Of a stretch of DNA of 64,000 nucleotides, positions 19,479-28,791 are shown one piece after another (the stretch's first letter is position 1; each line of letters starts with the position of its first letter). Made by a program: the position numbers and the translations under genes. This stretch comes from an uncultured bacterium (GTDB lineage Bacteria > Actinomycetota > Actinomycetes > S36-B12). The notes under the pieces were generated by a model, which was not told where the DNA came from, made no database searches, and saw only the letters and a program-made list of their open reading frames with translations. The DNA lies in contig CAVTOM010000007.1 in NCBI GenBank assembly GCA_963736365.1, forward strand, positions 326,654-390,653, read 5' to 3'.

Positions 19479-20254
19479 ATGCACGTCACCCGGCTGTCGA
19501 CCACACCCGTCAAGGGACTCGCGCTGCATCACCCCGAGAGCATCGAGGTGACCGAGGCCGGCGTCGCCGGTGATCGCGTGTTCTACCTCGTCGACGAGCG
19601 GGACGCGCTCGTGTCCATCGCCAAGACCGGTGGGCTGGTGGGCCTGCATGCTGTCTACGATCCGGACGCCGAGCGACTCACGATCCGGGACGGCGCCGAC
19701 GTGCTGGCGGAGGGCCCGGTGGTCGCCGGCGCGGCCCACACGGCCGACTTCTTCGCCTTCCGGGCCGTGGACGGGACGTTCGCTCCCGGCCCCTGGGACG
19801 ACCTGCTGTCAGCCCGCGCGGGCCGGGCGCTGCGTCTGGTGCGGGCCGCCCGACCCGGGGGCGGACATGACGTGGAGCCGCTGACGCTGCTGGGCCAGGC
19901 CTCGCTCGACCGGCTGGCCGAGCAGGCGCAGGTGCCGGCAGTGGACGGCCGCCGGTTCCGCATGCTGATCGAGTTCGACGGCGCCGCCGCCCATGCGGAG
20001 GACGGCTGGCTCGGCCGGCAGGTGCGGATCGGCAGCGCCGTCATCGAGGTCGGGGGACCCGGTGCAGCGGTGCGCGGGGACGACCCGCAACCCGGAGACC
20101 GGTGCCGTCGACCTCAGGACCCTCGCGCTCATCGGGGACTACCGCGGCCGCCAGGACTCGGTCTTCGGGCCCGGCTTCAACTTCGGCGTCTACGCGCGCG
20201 TGCGTCACGCCCGGCCGGATCGCCGTCGGCGACACCCTCACCCTGCTCACCTGA
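19479..20254 (+). pseudogene. MOSC-domain protein; two +1 frame changes
   Basis: MHVTRLSTTPVKGL...IGSAVIEVGGP is in frame 0. VQRCAGTTRNPETGAVDLRTLALIGDYRG...GVYARV is in frame 1. RIAVGDTLTLLT* is in frame 2. The shifts are near 20055 and 20213. Confidence 0.8.
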
Positions 20255-20257
20255 CTC

Positions 20258-20319
20258 GTTGAGTGGCGGGTTGTGGCGCCGACACGCCGTGCCGGGGCGT
20301 ACACAACCCGCCACTCAAC
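20258..20319. terminator. Perfect 18-bp inverted repeat with a 26-nt loop between convergent genes; putative bidirectional terminator or REP-like element
   Basis: GTTGAGTGGCGGGTTGTG (20258-20275) pairs with CACAACCCGCCACTCAAC (20302-20319). There is no T-tract. Confidence 0.5.
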
Positions 20320-20336
20320 AAGGGAGGGGGTGGGGG

Positions 20337-21224
20337 TCAGGTGATGGAGGCGTCGTAGATGCTCTGGATGGTGGCGTCCAGCTCGGCGTCGAACTCCGCA
20401 TCCGACTGCTGGGCGCTGAGCCCCTCGGTGAGGGCCCGCGAGAACGACGCGACGACGCCGTGGTTGCGACGCAGCAGGGCGTCGGCCTCAGCGCGGCTGT
20501 AGCCACCGGACAGCGCCACGACGCGCAGCACGCGGGGATGGGCGACGATGTCGGCGTAGAAGTCGTCCGTGCTCGGCAGGGTCAGCTTGAGCATGACCTG
20601 CTGGCCGTCGGGCAGCGCGTCGAGCTGCGCGGTGAGGGCCGCCTTCAGCAGGTCTTCGGCCGCCTGCTTCTCGGGGCTGTGGATGTCGACCTCGGGCTCG
20701 ATGATCGGGACGAGGCCGGCCGCGAGGATCTGGCGTCCGATCTCGAACTGCTGGTCGACTACCGCCGCCACGCCGGCCGGGTTGGCCAGCTTGATCACCG
20801 AGCGCATCTTCGTGCCGAACACGCCGTGCTCGAGCGCGCGTGCGAGCAGGGCGTCCAGGTCCGGCATCGGCTTCATGACCTGCGCGCCGTCCACCTCGTC
20901 CGCCAGGCCCTTGTCGACCTTGAGGAACGGCACGACCTGCTTGCGTGTCCACAGGAACTCGGCCGTCCCGACGCCGTCCACCTGCCGGTCCATCGTCATC
21001 TCGAACAGGATCGCGCCGAGGATGCGATCGCCGTTGAACGACGGGCTCGTGATGATGCGCGCGCGCATCCCGTGGATGAGGTCGAACATCTCCTCCTCGG
21101 ACGCGTATGCGGACTCCTCCACGCCATACAGGCGCAGCGCCTTGGGGGTGCTGCCGCCGCTCTGGTCGAGGGCCGCGATGAAGCCCTTCCCGTTCCTCAT
21201 CTTCTCGAGCATCTCGGCGTTCAC
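20337..21224 (-). CDS. fda: Class I fructose-bisphosphate aldolase
   Basis: Intact. It carries [26 protein letters not shown] near the N-terminus. I chose the GTG at 21224 because GGAAGGG lies 6 nt upstream. The longest ORF reaches 21254. Confidence 0.9.
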   Translation of the reverse strand: MNAEMLEKMRNGKGFIAALDQSGGSTPKALRLYGVEESAYASEEEMFDLIHGMRARIITSPSFNGDRILGAILFEMTMDRQVDGVGTAEFLWTRKQVVPFLKVDKGLADEVDGAQVMKPMPDLDALLARALEHGVFGTKMRSVIKLANPAGVAAVVDQQFEIGRQILAAGLVPIIEPEVDIHSPEKQAAEDLLKAALTAQLDALPDGQQVMLKLTLPSTDDFYADIVAHPRVLRVVALSGGYSRAEADALLRRNHGVVASFSRALTEGLSAQQSDAEFDAELDATIQSIYDASIT

Positions 21225-21302
21225 GGCGGTCCCTTCCCTAGGAGTCAAGTCCACGGTACCCAGCGGGGACGGGCCACGCAGGCTGAGCCGGCGGAGGCCG
21301 CT

Positions 21303-22340
21303 TCAGGCCGGCCGCAGGATCTCGTCGCGCCGCACGGGACCGCTGCTCGAGCGCACGATCAGCGGCCCAGGGGGGATGAGCCGGAGCCCGCGTGAGGGGG
21401 CCCCCTGGATCCTCGCCGTGACGGTCTCCACGGTGGCGGCCACCAGGACGTCGGGGCGCTGTTCGACGGTGGTGATGGACATGTGCGGCATGTCGGCCTC
21501 GGGGATGTTGTCGAACCCCACGATGGAGAGGTCCTGGGGAACCCGCACCCCGCTGCGCCAGAACACGTCGATGAGCCCGCACGCGGCGCGGTCGTTGTAG
21601 GCGACGATCGCCGTGGGCAGGGCGCCGGCGTCGAGCATCGCCATCGCGGTCGCCGCGCCGTCCATCGCACGCCCGCCCGAGGGCACGACGCGCGCGTACT
21701 GCTCGAGCCCGTGCGCCCGCATCGCGTTCTGGTAGGCCGCGCGGCGCGGATGGGCGCTGACGTAGGCGCCTCCGTCGGCGTGCCAGATCCGGCGGTGACC
21801 CTGTCCGGCCAGGTGCGACACCGCGGCCATCAGGCCGGCGGTGTCGTCGATGCGCAGAGCGTCGATGCCGGGCAGGTCGATCTGCCGGTCGACCACGACC
21901 GTCGGAATCTCCGCGGCGATGGCGATCCGCTCGATCTCGGCCTCCGGCGCCGTAGGACCGACCATGATCAGCGCGGCGCAGCGCTGCGCGAGCAGCAGGT
22001 CGACGGCCCGGGCGAGCGAGCGGCCCCGCGTGCTCAGGCTCAGCGCGATCTCGAACCCGTGCAGGTCGGCATCGTCGTGCAGGTCGTCGGTGAAGGCCAC
22101 GTGGAACGGGTGGGTGGCCGTCAGCGTGACGCCGATCAGCCGCGACTCACGGCTGCGCAGTTGACGGGCCCGCTCGTCGGGGCGGTACCCGAGCTCGGTC
22201 GCGGCGGCCAGGATGCGCGCACGGGTGGCGGGGCTGGCCCCGGGGACGTCGCGGAAGACCGTCGAGACGAGGGACCGGGACACGCCGGCCCGCTGCGCGA
22301 CGTCGCGCATCGTGGCCGGGCGTCGGGCTGGCCTGGGCAT
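21303..22340 (-). CDS. LacI-family transcriptional regulator
   Basis: The ATG at 22340 lies within ORF 21303..22727. It has an HTH (TMRDVAQRAGVSRSLVSTVF) and a periplasmic-binding-fold body. Confidence 0.88.
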   Translation of the reverse strand: MPRPARRPATMRDVAQRAGVSRSLVSTVFRDVPGASPATRARILAAATELGYRPDERARQLRSRESRLIGVTLTATHPFHVAFTDDLHDDADLHGFEIALSLSTRGRSLARAVDLLLAQRCAALIMVGPTAPEAEIERIAIAAEIPTVVVDRQIDLPGIDALRIDDTAGLMAAVSHLAGQGHRRIWHADGGAYVSAHPRRAAYQNAMRAHGLEQYARVVPSGGRAMDGAATAMAMLDAGALPTAIVAYNDRAACGLIDVFWRSGVRVPQDLSIVGFDNIPEADMPHMSITTVEQRPDVLVAATVETVTARIQGAPSRGLRLIPPGPLIVRSSSGPVRRDEILRPA

Positions 22341-22429
22341 GGGCACCTCATCGCCGGACGGCTGACCGAGGCGCCTGCGCGCATCGATCAGGTGGGCCGG
22401 TCCTCCGCCTGCGCACCCCCCTACATGCT

Positions 22430-22441
22430 TGCGCATGCGCA
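22430..22441. promoter_or_regulatory. Perfect 12-bp palindrome TGCGCATGCGCA in the LacI / ClC divergent intergenic region
   Basis: Read directly from the sequence. It lies 90 nt upstream of the LacI start. Confidence 0.3.
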
Positions 22442-22485
22442 GACGGAGGACCGGGTGTTCGGTTCCCCCGCGCCCGAACCGTGTA

Positions 22486-22518
22486 GATCGTGCCATACCT
22501 TCGCTATGGATCGTGCCA
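22486..22518 (+). promoter_or_regulatory. Direct repeat GATCGTGCCA x2 (23-nt phase) upstream of the ClC gene
   Basis: The copies are tAGATCGTGCCAtA (22485-) and tgGATCGTGCCAcA (22507-). They lie 70-100 nt upstream of the ATG at 22588. Confidence 0.25.
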
Positions 22519-22587
22519 CAACCCCCGAGATTCGCGAGCGGACCCGTCAGCCGTACCGACCGCCCCCCGGCCGGATACGGTTCGCGA

Positions 22588-23908
22588 ATGCCGCAGCAGC
22601 CGTCGATGATCCGCATGCTCGTCCTGGCCCTCGTCCTCGGGGTGCTCGGCGCCGCCGCCGGCTCGGCCTTCCTCGCGCTCGTCGAGGCCGGCCAGGACCT
22701 GATGTTCAGCACCCTGCCGGAGGCCATGGGCTGGTCGGCGGCGCCATGGTGGCTGTCCGCGATCCTGCTGCTCGATCGGCGCCACCGGCGTGGCCCTCGC
22801 CCGGCGCCTGCCCGGGGCCACCGGCAACGGGCCGCTCACCGGCTTCCACTTCGACGACCCGCTGAGCATGGTGCCGTCGGTGCTCCTCGCGGCGCTGTTC
22901 ACCCTCGTCTTCGGCCTCGTCCTCGGACCCGAGGCCCCGCTGATCGTCCTGGGCACCGCCGTCGGGGCGATCGTCGCCCGTCGTGCGGAGCCGCAGGCCC
23001 GCCGGGCCGCCATGCTGCTCGGCGGCGTCGCGGCGATCGGCGCCGTGCTGGGCAACCCCTTCGTGACCGGCTTCATGATCCTGGAGTTCGCCGCCGCCGG
23101 CCTCGTGCCCGCCGCCGTCATCACTCCCGTGTTCGTCGCGCTCGGCGCCGGCTACCTGACCCAGGTCGGGATCTTCGGCCTGCCGGGTTTCGGGAGTCTC
23201 GACGCTCGCGGTGCCCGGCCTGCCGGCGTACCCGGAGATCCTGCCGGGGGACATCCTGCGCGGGCTCGCTCGTCGCCGTCGTCGCGGCCGATCGTCGCCG
23301 TGTCGGCCCGGTCGCTGGGCGTGGCCGTCGACCGCGTGGCACGTCGCCGGCCCGTACCGGTGCTCTACGGCGCCGCGATCGTGACCGCACTGGTGCTGCT
23401 GGTCGCCGAGGCCGGCTTCGGGCTGCCGCAGGAGGTCATCCTCTTCAGCGGCGTCGAGGGCATGGGTGCCCTGGTGGCCGAGACCTCGGTCACCGCCGTG
23501 ATCGTGATCCTGGTCGGCAAGGCGATCGCCTACGGCGTGGCCCTCGGCGGCGGTTACCGCGGCGGTCCGATCTTCCCCGCGACGTTCCTCGGCGTCGGAG
23601 CAGGAGTCCTGCTGGCCCTGCTGATGCCGGACGGCTCCGTCTCGCCGCTCGCCGCCGCGGGCATCGCGGCAGCCGTCGCGGCGATGCTGCGGCTCCCAGC
23701 GACCTCGGCCCTGCTCGCCGCGGCGCTGGTCGCCGACGGCGGGGTGACGATGGCGCCCTTCGCCATCTTCGGCGCGGTCGTCGGCATCGTGGTGCGCATG
23801 CTGGTCGACAAGCGCCTGGGCGGCGACGCCGCAACCAGCGGCGCCGTCCCCCGCGACCGCAGCCACCTGCGTCCGGTGCCGAGCCCGGCTAGTCCCAGCA
23901 GCCCGTGA
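22588..23908 (+). pseudogene. ClC-family voltage-gated chloride/anion channel; four +1 frame changes
   Basis: MPQQPSMIRMLVLALVLGVLG...WWLSAILLL is in frame 1. IGATGVALARRLPGATGNGPLTGF...GLVLGPEAPL... is in frame 2. Near 23195, 23267 and 23290 the hydrophobic reading passes through frames 0 and 1 (STLAVPGLPAYPEILPGDILRGL / LVAVVAA) and returns to frame 2. Confidence 0.8.
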
Positions 23909-25176
23909 CCGTGGCGGCCAGTCCGTCGACGGCACGCCGGGTCGCCAGCGCGTCGTAGCGCTGCGGCCGGTCGTTGACGATGATCGAGAAGATCCGCTGA
24001 CGGCCGAAGACCGTGTCCGCCACGCCGGACAGCGCGATGGTGCCGAGGATGGTGCCGGTCTTGGCCTGCACCGCGCCGCGCGCGCAGGACGACGGCGCCG
24101 TGCTGTAGCGACCGTAGGCACTCGTCAGGGTGCCGGTGCGCCCCGCCACGGGCATCGCCGCGGGCACGAACATCGCGCGGAAGCGGTCGGGCTCGGTCAC
24201 GCGCGCCAGCCGCAGGACGTCGGCGACGAGGCGTGGGCTGATGGCGTCGTCCCGGGACAGCCCACTGCCGTCCACCAGCCGCGCGCCGCTGATATCGATG
24301 CCCAGGCCCTGGAGCGTCTCGCGGGCGGCTTGCTGCGACCCCGCCCAGGTGGGTGGCTGGCCCACCGCGATCGCCACCTGGCGGAACAGCACCTCCGCGA
24401 CAGCGCTCTCGGACTCGTTGAGCATCACCGCGACGGCGTCGGCAACGGTGTGCCCGGGGGCCGTGGCGAGCACGGCCGGCGCGGGCGGGGCGACCTCGTT
24501 CGCACCGACCCGGGCTCGGACGCCCTGGGCGCGCAGGGCGGCGGCGAAGTGCTCGGCGGCGTTGCGGGCCGGCGTGCGACTGCGATCGCCGCGCATCGCG
24601 AGCGACTGGACGAGCCCGACGGAGCTGCCGAGGTAGGCATCCACCCAGCCCGGGGCCTGGCTGGTGCCGGGGAACAGGCTGCCGTCCACGTGAACCACCA
24701 CCGACGCACCCGCACCGAGCGCTGCGGCCGTCTGCCTCGCCAGGTGCGCTCAGCCCGCTGCGGGACAGCAGCGGGTCGCCGCCGCCATGGAGGATGACAT
24801 GACCGGGCTGGGGGCTGGCCAGCACCCGGGTCTGGAACCGCCGGTCGGGTCCCATGGTCGCCAGGGACGTCACCGCCGTGAGGATCTTCATGTTCGAGGC
24901 GGCCTGCATCGGGCGGTCTGCGCGATGGGCGGACAGCACCTCGCCGGTTGCGGCGTCCAGCACGAGGAATCCGACATCGCGCCCCAGGCGCGGATCGTGC
25001 CAGCGCCGCTGCATGAGGCGGTCGATGCGCGGGCGCGGGGCCGAGACCTCGTCGGCGTCCGCGCTCTGCGGGCGCGCTACCGCGGGCGGTGCCACCAGGG
25101 TGCCGGTCGCGAGCAGGCATAGGGCCAGAGCGACGACGGAGCGGGGGAGCACGGGCATCGGTCCATTGTGCGCCAT
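23889..25176 (-). pseudogene. dacB: D-alanyl-D-alanine carboxypeptidase/endopeptidase (PBP4, peptidase S13); one +1 frame change
   Basis: It has a signal peptide plus the SxxK motif (ASNMKILT) in the frame of ORF 23554..25176. After ...GDPLLSRSGLSA the protein continues as LARQTAAALGAGASVVVHVDGSLF... (ORF 23889..24701) with KTGT. The shift is near 24745. Confidence 0.85.
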
Positions 25177-25240
25177 CCCCGTGCGGCCGGGCCGGGCTCT
25201 CCCTCAGCGGGATTTCGGGGCTGGCGATTACTGTGGGGCC

Positions 25241-26242
25241 ATGAGCGAAGGCCCGCACCAGCCCGTCGACCCGACGCCCGCCCCCGTGCCTGCACCGACC
25301 GTGGTCACGGGCTACGGCGGCGCGGGTGCGCCGCCGCCGGCCGGCGGCCCGTCCACGGCCGGGATGGCGAGCCTACGCGGCCAGTTGCGCACCGTGCGGT
25401 ACCTGCTCTTCGCCTGCCTCGTCCTCCTGGTCGTGCTCATGTTCGGACTGGCCATGGCACTCGCCGGCGGCCGGCAGCAGATCGACGAGCTGCGCGCCGA
25501 CGTCGCCGCGTTCGGCCAGCAGGCCGATGCCGCCGCGCTCGCTGCGGCGACCGTCACGGGCACGACGCCCCAGGCGACCGCCCAGCCCACGCCCCAGGCC
25601 ACGGCCGCGCCGACGCCCCAGGCCACCGGCGTCCCGCAGCTCGGCGCGGCGGCGGCACTCACGGGAGTCACCGTGCCGGCGGGTGCGGATGCCACCGGCG
25701 CCCTGCTCATCGGCGACCCGGACGCGAGCAACGTCGTCGAGGTGTACATCGACTACCAGTGCCCCTTCTGCCAGCGCTGGGAGCAGACGATCGGGACCGC
25801 GCTCGCCGATCGCGCGATGCAGCCGGGGTCCGATCTCCTCGTCAAGCAGTACAACCTCGCCTTCCTGGGCGAGACGAGCACGGCGCTCACCCCGGCCGGC
25901 GCATCGGCCCGTGCGGCCAGCGCGGCCGCCTGCGTGATCGATCGCGACGGTGTCGACGTGTTCGTGCCGTTCTCACGCTCGCTCTTCGCGACGGCCGACC
26001 CGTCCGAGCCGCCCGGCCAGTTCACCGCCAAGGTCCTCGTCGACCTCGCCACGAAGGCCGGCGCGTCGAAGGACGCCCTCGCGTGCATCACGGCGGAGGA
26101 GAACGTGCCGTTCGTGGCCGCCTCGACGCAGGCCGGCTTCACCCGCGGGGTGGGCGGAACCCCCACGGTCATCGTCAACGGCCAGACGCTGGCCAACCCG
26201 TTCCAGGACGCGACGCTCTCGCAGCTGGCCGCGCCGGCCTGA
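25241..26242 (+). CDS. Membrane-anchored DsbA-family thiol:disulfide oxidoreductase
   Basis: The ATG at 25241 lies within ORF 24854..26242. The layout is a Pro-rich N-terminus, one TM helix, a TPQATA linker, and a thioredoxin fold with CPFC. Confidence 0.85.
   Translation: MSEGPHQPVDPTPAPVPAPTVVTGYGGAGAPPPAGGPSTAGMASLRGQLRTVRYLLFACLVLLVVLMFGLAMALAGGRQQIDELRADVAAFGQQADAAALAAATVTGTTPQATAQPTPQATAAPTPQATGVPQLGAAAALTGVTVPAGADATGALLIGDPDASNVVEVYIDYQCPFCQRWEQTIGTALADRAMQPGSDLLVKQYNLAFLGETSTALTPAGASARAASAAACVIDRDGVDVFVPFSRSLFATADPSEPPGQFTAKVLVDLATKAGASKDALACITAEENVPFVAASTQAGFTRGVGGTPTVIVNGQTLANPFQDATLSQLAAPA
25565..25636 (+). repeat. 3 x 24-bp imperfect in-frame tandem repeat encoding TPQATAQP / TPQATAAP / TPQATGVP
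   Basis: Read directly. It lies in the linker of the DsbA-like protein. Confidence 0.7.
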
Positions 26243-26299
26243 TCGTCTCGCGCGTGTCCCGCGGCCGGGTTCCGCGGTCCGTCGGTGCACTATGGAGGC

Positions 26300-27039
26300 A
26301 TGACCCGACGCCTCGTGACAGCCGTTCCCGTGATCGCCCTCGCGGTCCTCGCCCTGACGGCCTGCTCGCCGACGACCGTGACCACGGCCCCGCCGGAGCA
26401 GGCTCGCACCGTGAGCGTGTCGGCCACCGGCCAGGCCGACGCCGTCCCGGACGCGGCACGGGCCACGATCACGGTCGAGGTCACCGACCCCGCCTCCGCG
26501 CAGACCGCCCAGGAGACGGCCGCCGTGGCGACGACGAAGGTGCTCGACGCCCTCACGGCCGCCGGCGTGGCTGAGGCGGACATCGCGACCCAGGGCGTGA
26601 GCGTCGGGCCCGGTGTACAACTACACGAACGACGGCGGGCAGGAGCAGATCGGCTTCCGGGCGTCGCAGTCGATCACGGTGACGCTGCGCGACCTCGCAG
26701 ACTGCCGGCGCCACCCTGGACGCGGCCGTGGCGGCCGGCGGCAACGCCGTGCGGATCGACTCGCTCACGCCGTTCGTGACCGATCCGACCGTGGCTGCGA
26801 ACAAGGCGCGCGCGCAGGCCGTCGACATCGCCCAGGCGCAGGCGGAGCAGTACGCGTCGCTGCTGGGCTTCACCCTCGGCCCGGTGGCCTCGGTGTCGGA
26901 GTCGTCCTCGGCCATCGCGCCGCCCCCGATCGCGTACGCCGACTCGGCCGCCGCGCCGGCGGAGAAGGTGCCGACGCCCATCGAGGCCGGGACCACGCAG
27001 GTGAGCGTCACCCTCAACGTGGCGTGGTCCATCGAGTAG
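26300..27039 (+). pseudogene. SIMPL-domain (DUF541) lipoprotein; two +1 frame changes
   Basis: A lipobox (LALTAC) and ...IATQGVSVGP are in frame 2. VYNYTNDGGQEQIGFRASQSITVTLRDLAD is in frame 0. AGATLDAAVAAGGNAVRIDSL...VTLNVAWSIE* is in frame 1. The shifts are near 26610 and 26703. Confidence 0.8.
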
Positions 27040-27066
27040 TCCGGCAGGTGGTGCGAGAATCCGCGG

Positions 27067-27432
27067 GTGACCGGGCCCTTCGCGACCGCCATCATCATCG
27101 GCTCGCTGCTGCTCGCCGCGTGGGCCGTGGTCCTCGTGGTGCTGAACCGGCCTCCAGGCCGGGCCCTCCTCGTGGCCGGTGCCGTGCTCGAGGTCCTGCT
27201 GCTGGTCTTCCTCGTCGGCGGCATCGTCCAGATGGCCGGCGCGGAGCAGGACCTCGCCCGCGCGGAGTTCGTCGGGTACCTCCTCGCGTGCGCGGCCGTG
27301 CTGCCGGCCGCGTACTGGTGGGTGCGCGACGAGAGGTCGCGCGCGTCGGCCGGCGTGCTGGCCGTCGTCCTCGTCGTGCTGCCTATCCTCGTGGTGCGCG
27401 TCCAGCAGGTGTGGGCCGGTTCCGGTGCCTGA
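27067..27432 (+). CDS. Integral membrane protein (hypothetical)
   Basis: 121 aa with four hydrophobic helices. Its stop overlaps the next start. Confidence 0.65.
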   Translation: MTGPFATAIIIGSLLLAAWAVVLVVLNRPPGRALLVAGAVLEVLLLVFLVGGIVQMAGAEQDLARAEFVGYLLACAAVLPAAYWWVRDERSRASAGVLAVVLVVLPILVVRVQQVWAGSGA

Positions 27433-27850
27433 CGCCGCCGGTCACCCGACGCGGTCGACCGGACGAGGCTTCGGCCGCGTCCTCGTGACGGTCTACGCGA
27501 TCTTCGCCGTGGCCGCCACCGCGCGCAGTGCCATCCAGGTCGCGACCAGGCTCGGCGAGGCCCCGGTGGCGTACCTGCTGTCCGCACTGGCGGCGGTGGT
27601 GTACATCGTCGCCACGGTCGCACTGGCCCGCGGCGACCGGACTTCGCGTCGTGTGGCCACCGCCGCGATCACGGTCGAACTGGTCGGCGTCCTGGCCGTG
27701 GGCGTCCTGAGCCTGGCGCTGCCCGACGCGTTCCCGTCCGCATCGGTCTGGTCGGGGTTCGGCAGCGGCTACGGCTTCGTCCCGCTCATCCTTCCCGTGG
27801 TTGGCCTGTGGTGGCTGCACCACACCCGGGACCCGGGCGTGGTCGCCTAG
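27425..27850 (+). CDS. Integral membrane protein (hypothetical)
   Basis: The GTG at 27425 overlaps the previous stop (GTGCCTGA). The hydrophobic C-terminal 141 aa belong to ORF 27179..27850. The upstream part of that ORF is Ser/Arg/Cys-rich wrong-frame sequence. Confidence 0.6.
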   Translation: MPDAAGHPTRSTGRGFGRVLVTVYAIFAVAATARSAIQVATRLGEAPVAYLLSALAAVVYIVATVALARGDRTSRRVATAAITVELVGVLAVGVLSLALPDAFPSASVWSGFGSGYGFVPLILPVVGLWWLHHTRDPGVVA

Positions 27851-28224
27851 GACCGTGCCTCGGGCGCTTCGGGCGCTTGGCGCTCCGGCGCCTCGCCGGG
27901 CTCGACGGCCTTGGGCGACTCGGGCTCGGTCGGCGCGGGCGTGGCCGGCCCACCGGTGAGCTCGGCCTTGATCGCATCGAGCAGGCGCGCGGTTGCGTCC
28001 TTCGTGGCTGCGGCCACCTCGGGGTCGGTGGAGGTCTCGTCGAGCTTCGCCACGGCCGCCTTGACGGCGGAGGTCACCTGGTCCGTGACGCCGTCCGCCT
28101 GCTCGTTGGCCGCGCTGATCTTGCCGCCGGCGTCGACGGCGTGACCCTTGAGCCGCTGGCCGAGCGTGCGGAACGCGTCGCCCACGCCCTGCCAGTCGGC
28201 CCGGCCCTCGTCGTTGGTGCTCAT
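27847..28224 (-). CDS. Hypothetical soluble protein with an Ala/Pro/Glu-rich tail
   Basis: The ATG at 28224 is preceded by GAGGGAGGA (MSTNDEGRADWQGVGDAFRTLGQRLKG...). It gives 125 aa. Confidence 0.6.
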   Translation of the reverse strand: MSTNDEGRADWQGVGDAFRTLGQRLKGHAVDAGGKISAANEQADGVTDQVTSAVKAAVAKLDETSTDPEVAAATKDATARLLDAIKAELTGGPATPAPTEPESPKAVEPGEAPERQAPEAPEARS

Positions 28225-28318
28225 GGATCCTCCCTCTGCCGTGGTGACCACCAGTATGACCACGCGCCATCGTCCGGCGCATCGGCGTAGGGTCGAAGGC
28301 ATCGAGGTTGGAGACGCC

Positions 28319-28789
28319 ATGGACGAGTTCGCGCCTGACGAGTTCGTCGTCGACCCCGACCGCGACGCCGACCTGGCCACCGTGGTGTCGGCCCCGGACG
28401 ACGAGGCCCTCGTGCGCGTGGTCGCCGACCTGTTCGCGTCGATGTTCGGCATGGAGCTCACGGCGCTTCCCGATGGGTCGCTGGCCGCCGAGACGGAATT
28501 GGGCACCTTGTTCGTCGGAGTCCTCAGCGACTTCGTCGTCAGCCTCGAGCTGAGGCTGGCCGGGCACTTCCGCACCACCCACGAGCTGCTGGCGCTGCTG
28601 AACGACGAGAACGCGGGCTCCGCCTTCGTCACCTTCTCGACCCTGGACGAGCGCCTGTGGGTGTCGGGCAGCGTCGACGGCCGACCCCTCGTGCCCGCGC
28701 ACCTCTCGCGCGTCCTCACCTACATGGTCCAGGCGGCCGCCGCCCTGAGCGGCGAGGTCACCCCCGACGGGCCGTCCCGCGACGAGTGA
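28319..28789 (+). CDS. Hypothetical protein (tentatively YbjN / T3SS-chaperone-like fold)
   Basis: The ATG at 28319 (MDEFAPDEFVVDPDRDADL...) lies within ORF 28148..28789. It is an acidic 156-aa protein. Confidence 0.55.
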   Translation: MDEFAPDEFVVDPDRDADLATVVSAPDDEALVRVVADLFASMFGMELTALPDGSLAAETELGTLFVGVLSDFVVSLELRLAGHFRTTHELLALLNDENAGSAFVTFSTLDERLWVSGSVDGRPLVPAHLSRVLTYMVQAAAALSGEVTPDGPSRDE

Positions 28790-28791
28790 CG

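Noticed and set aside
22441-22587. Fluoride (crcB-motif) riboswitch in the leader of the ClC gene.
   Set aside because: The characteristic GGCGAUGG...AACCGCC...CUGAUGAU blocks are not visible in the leader.
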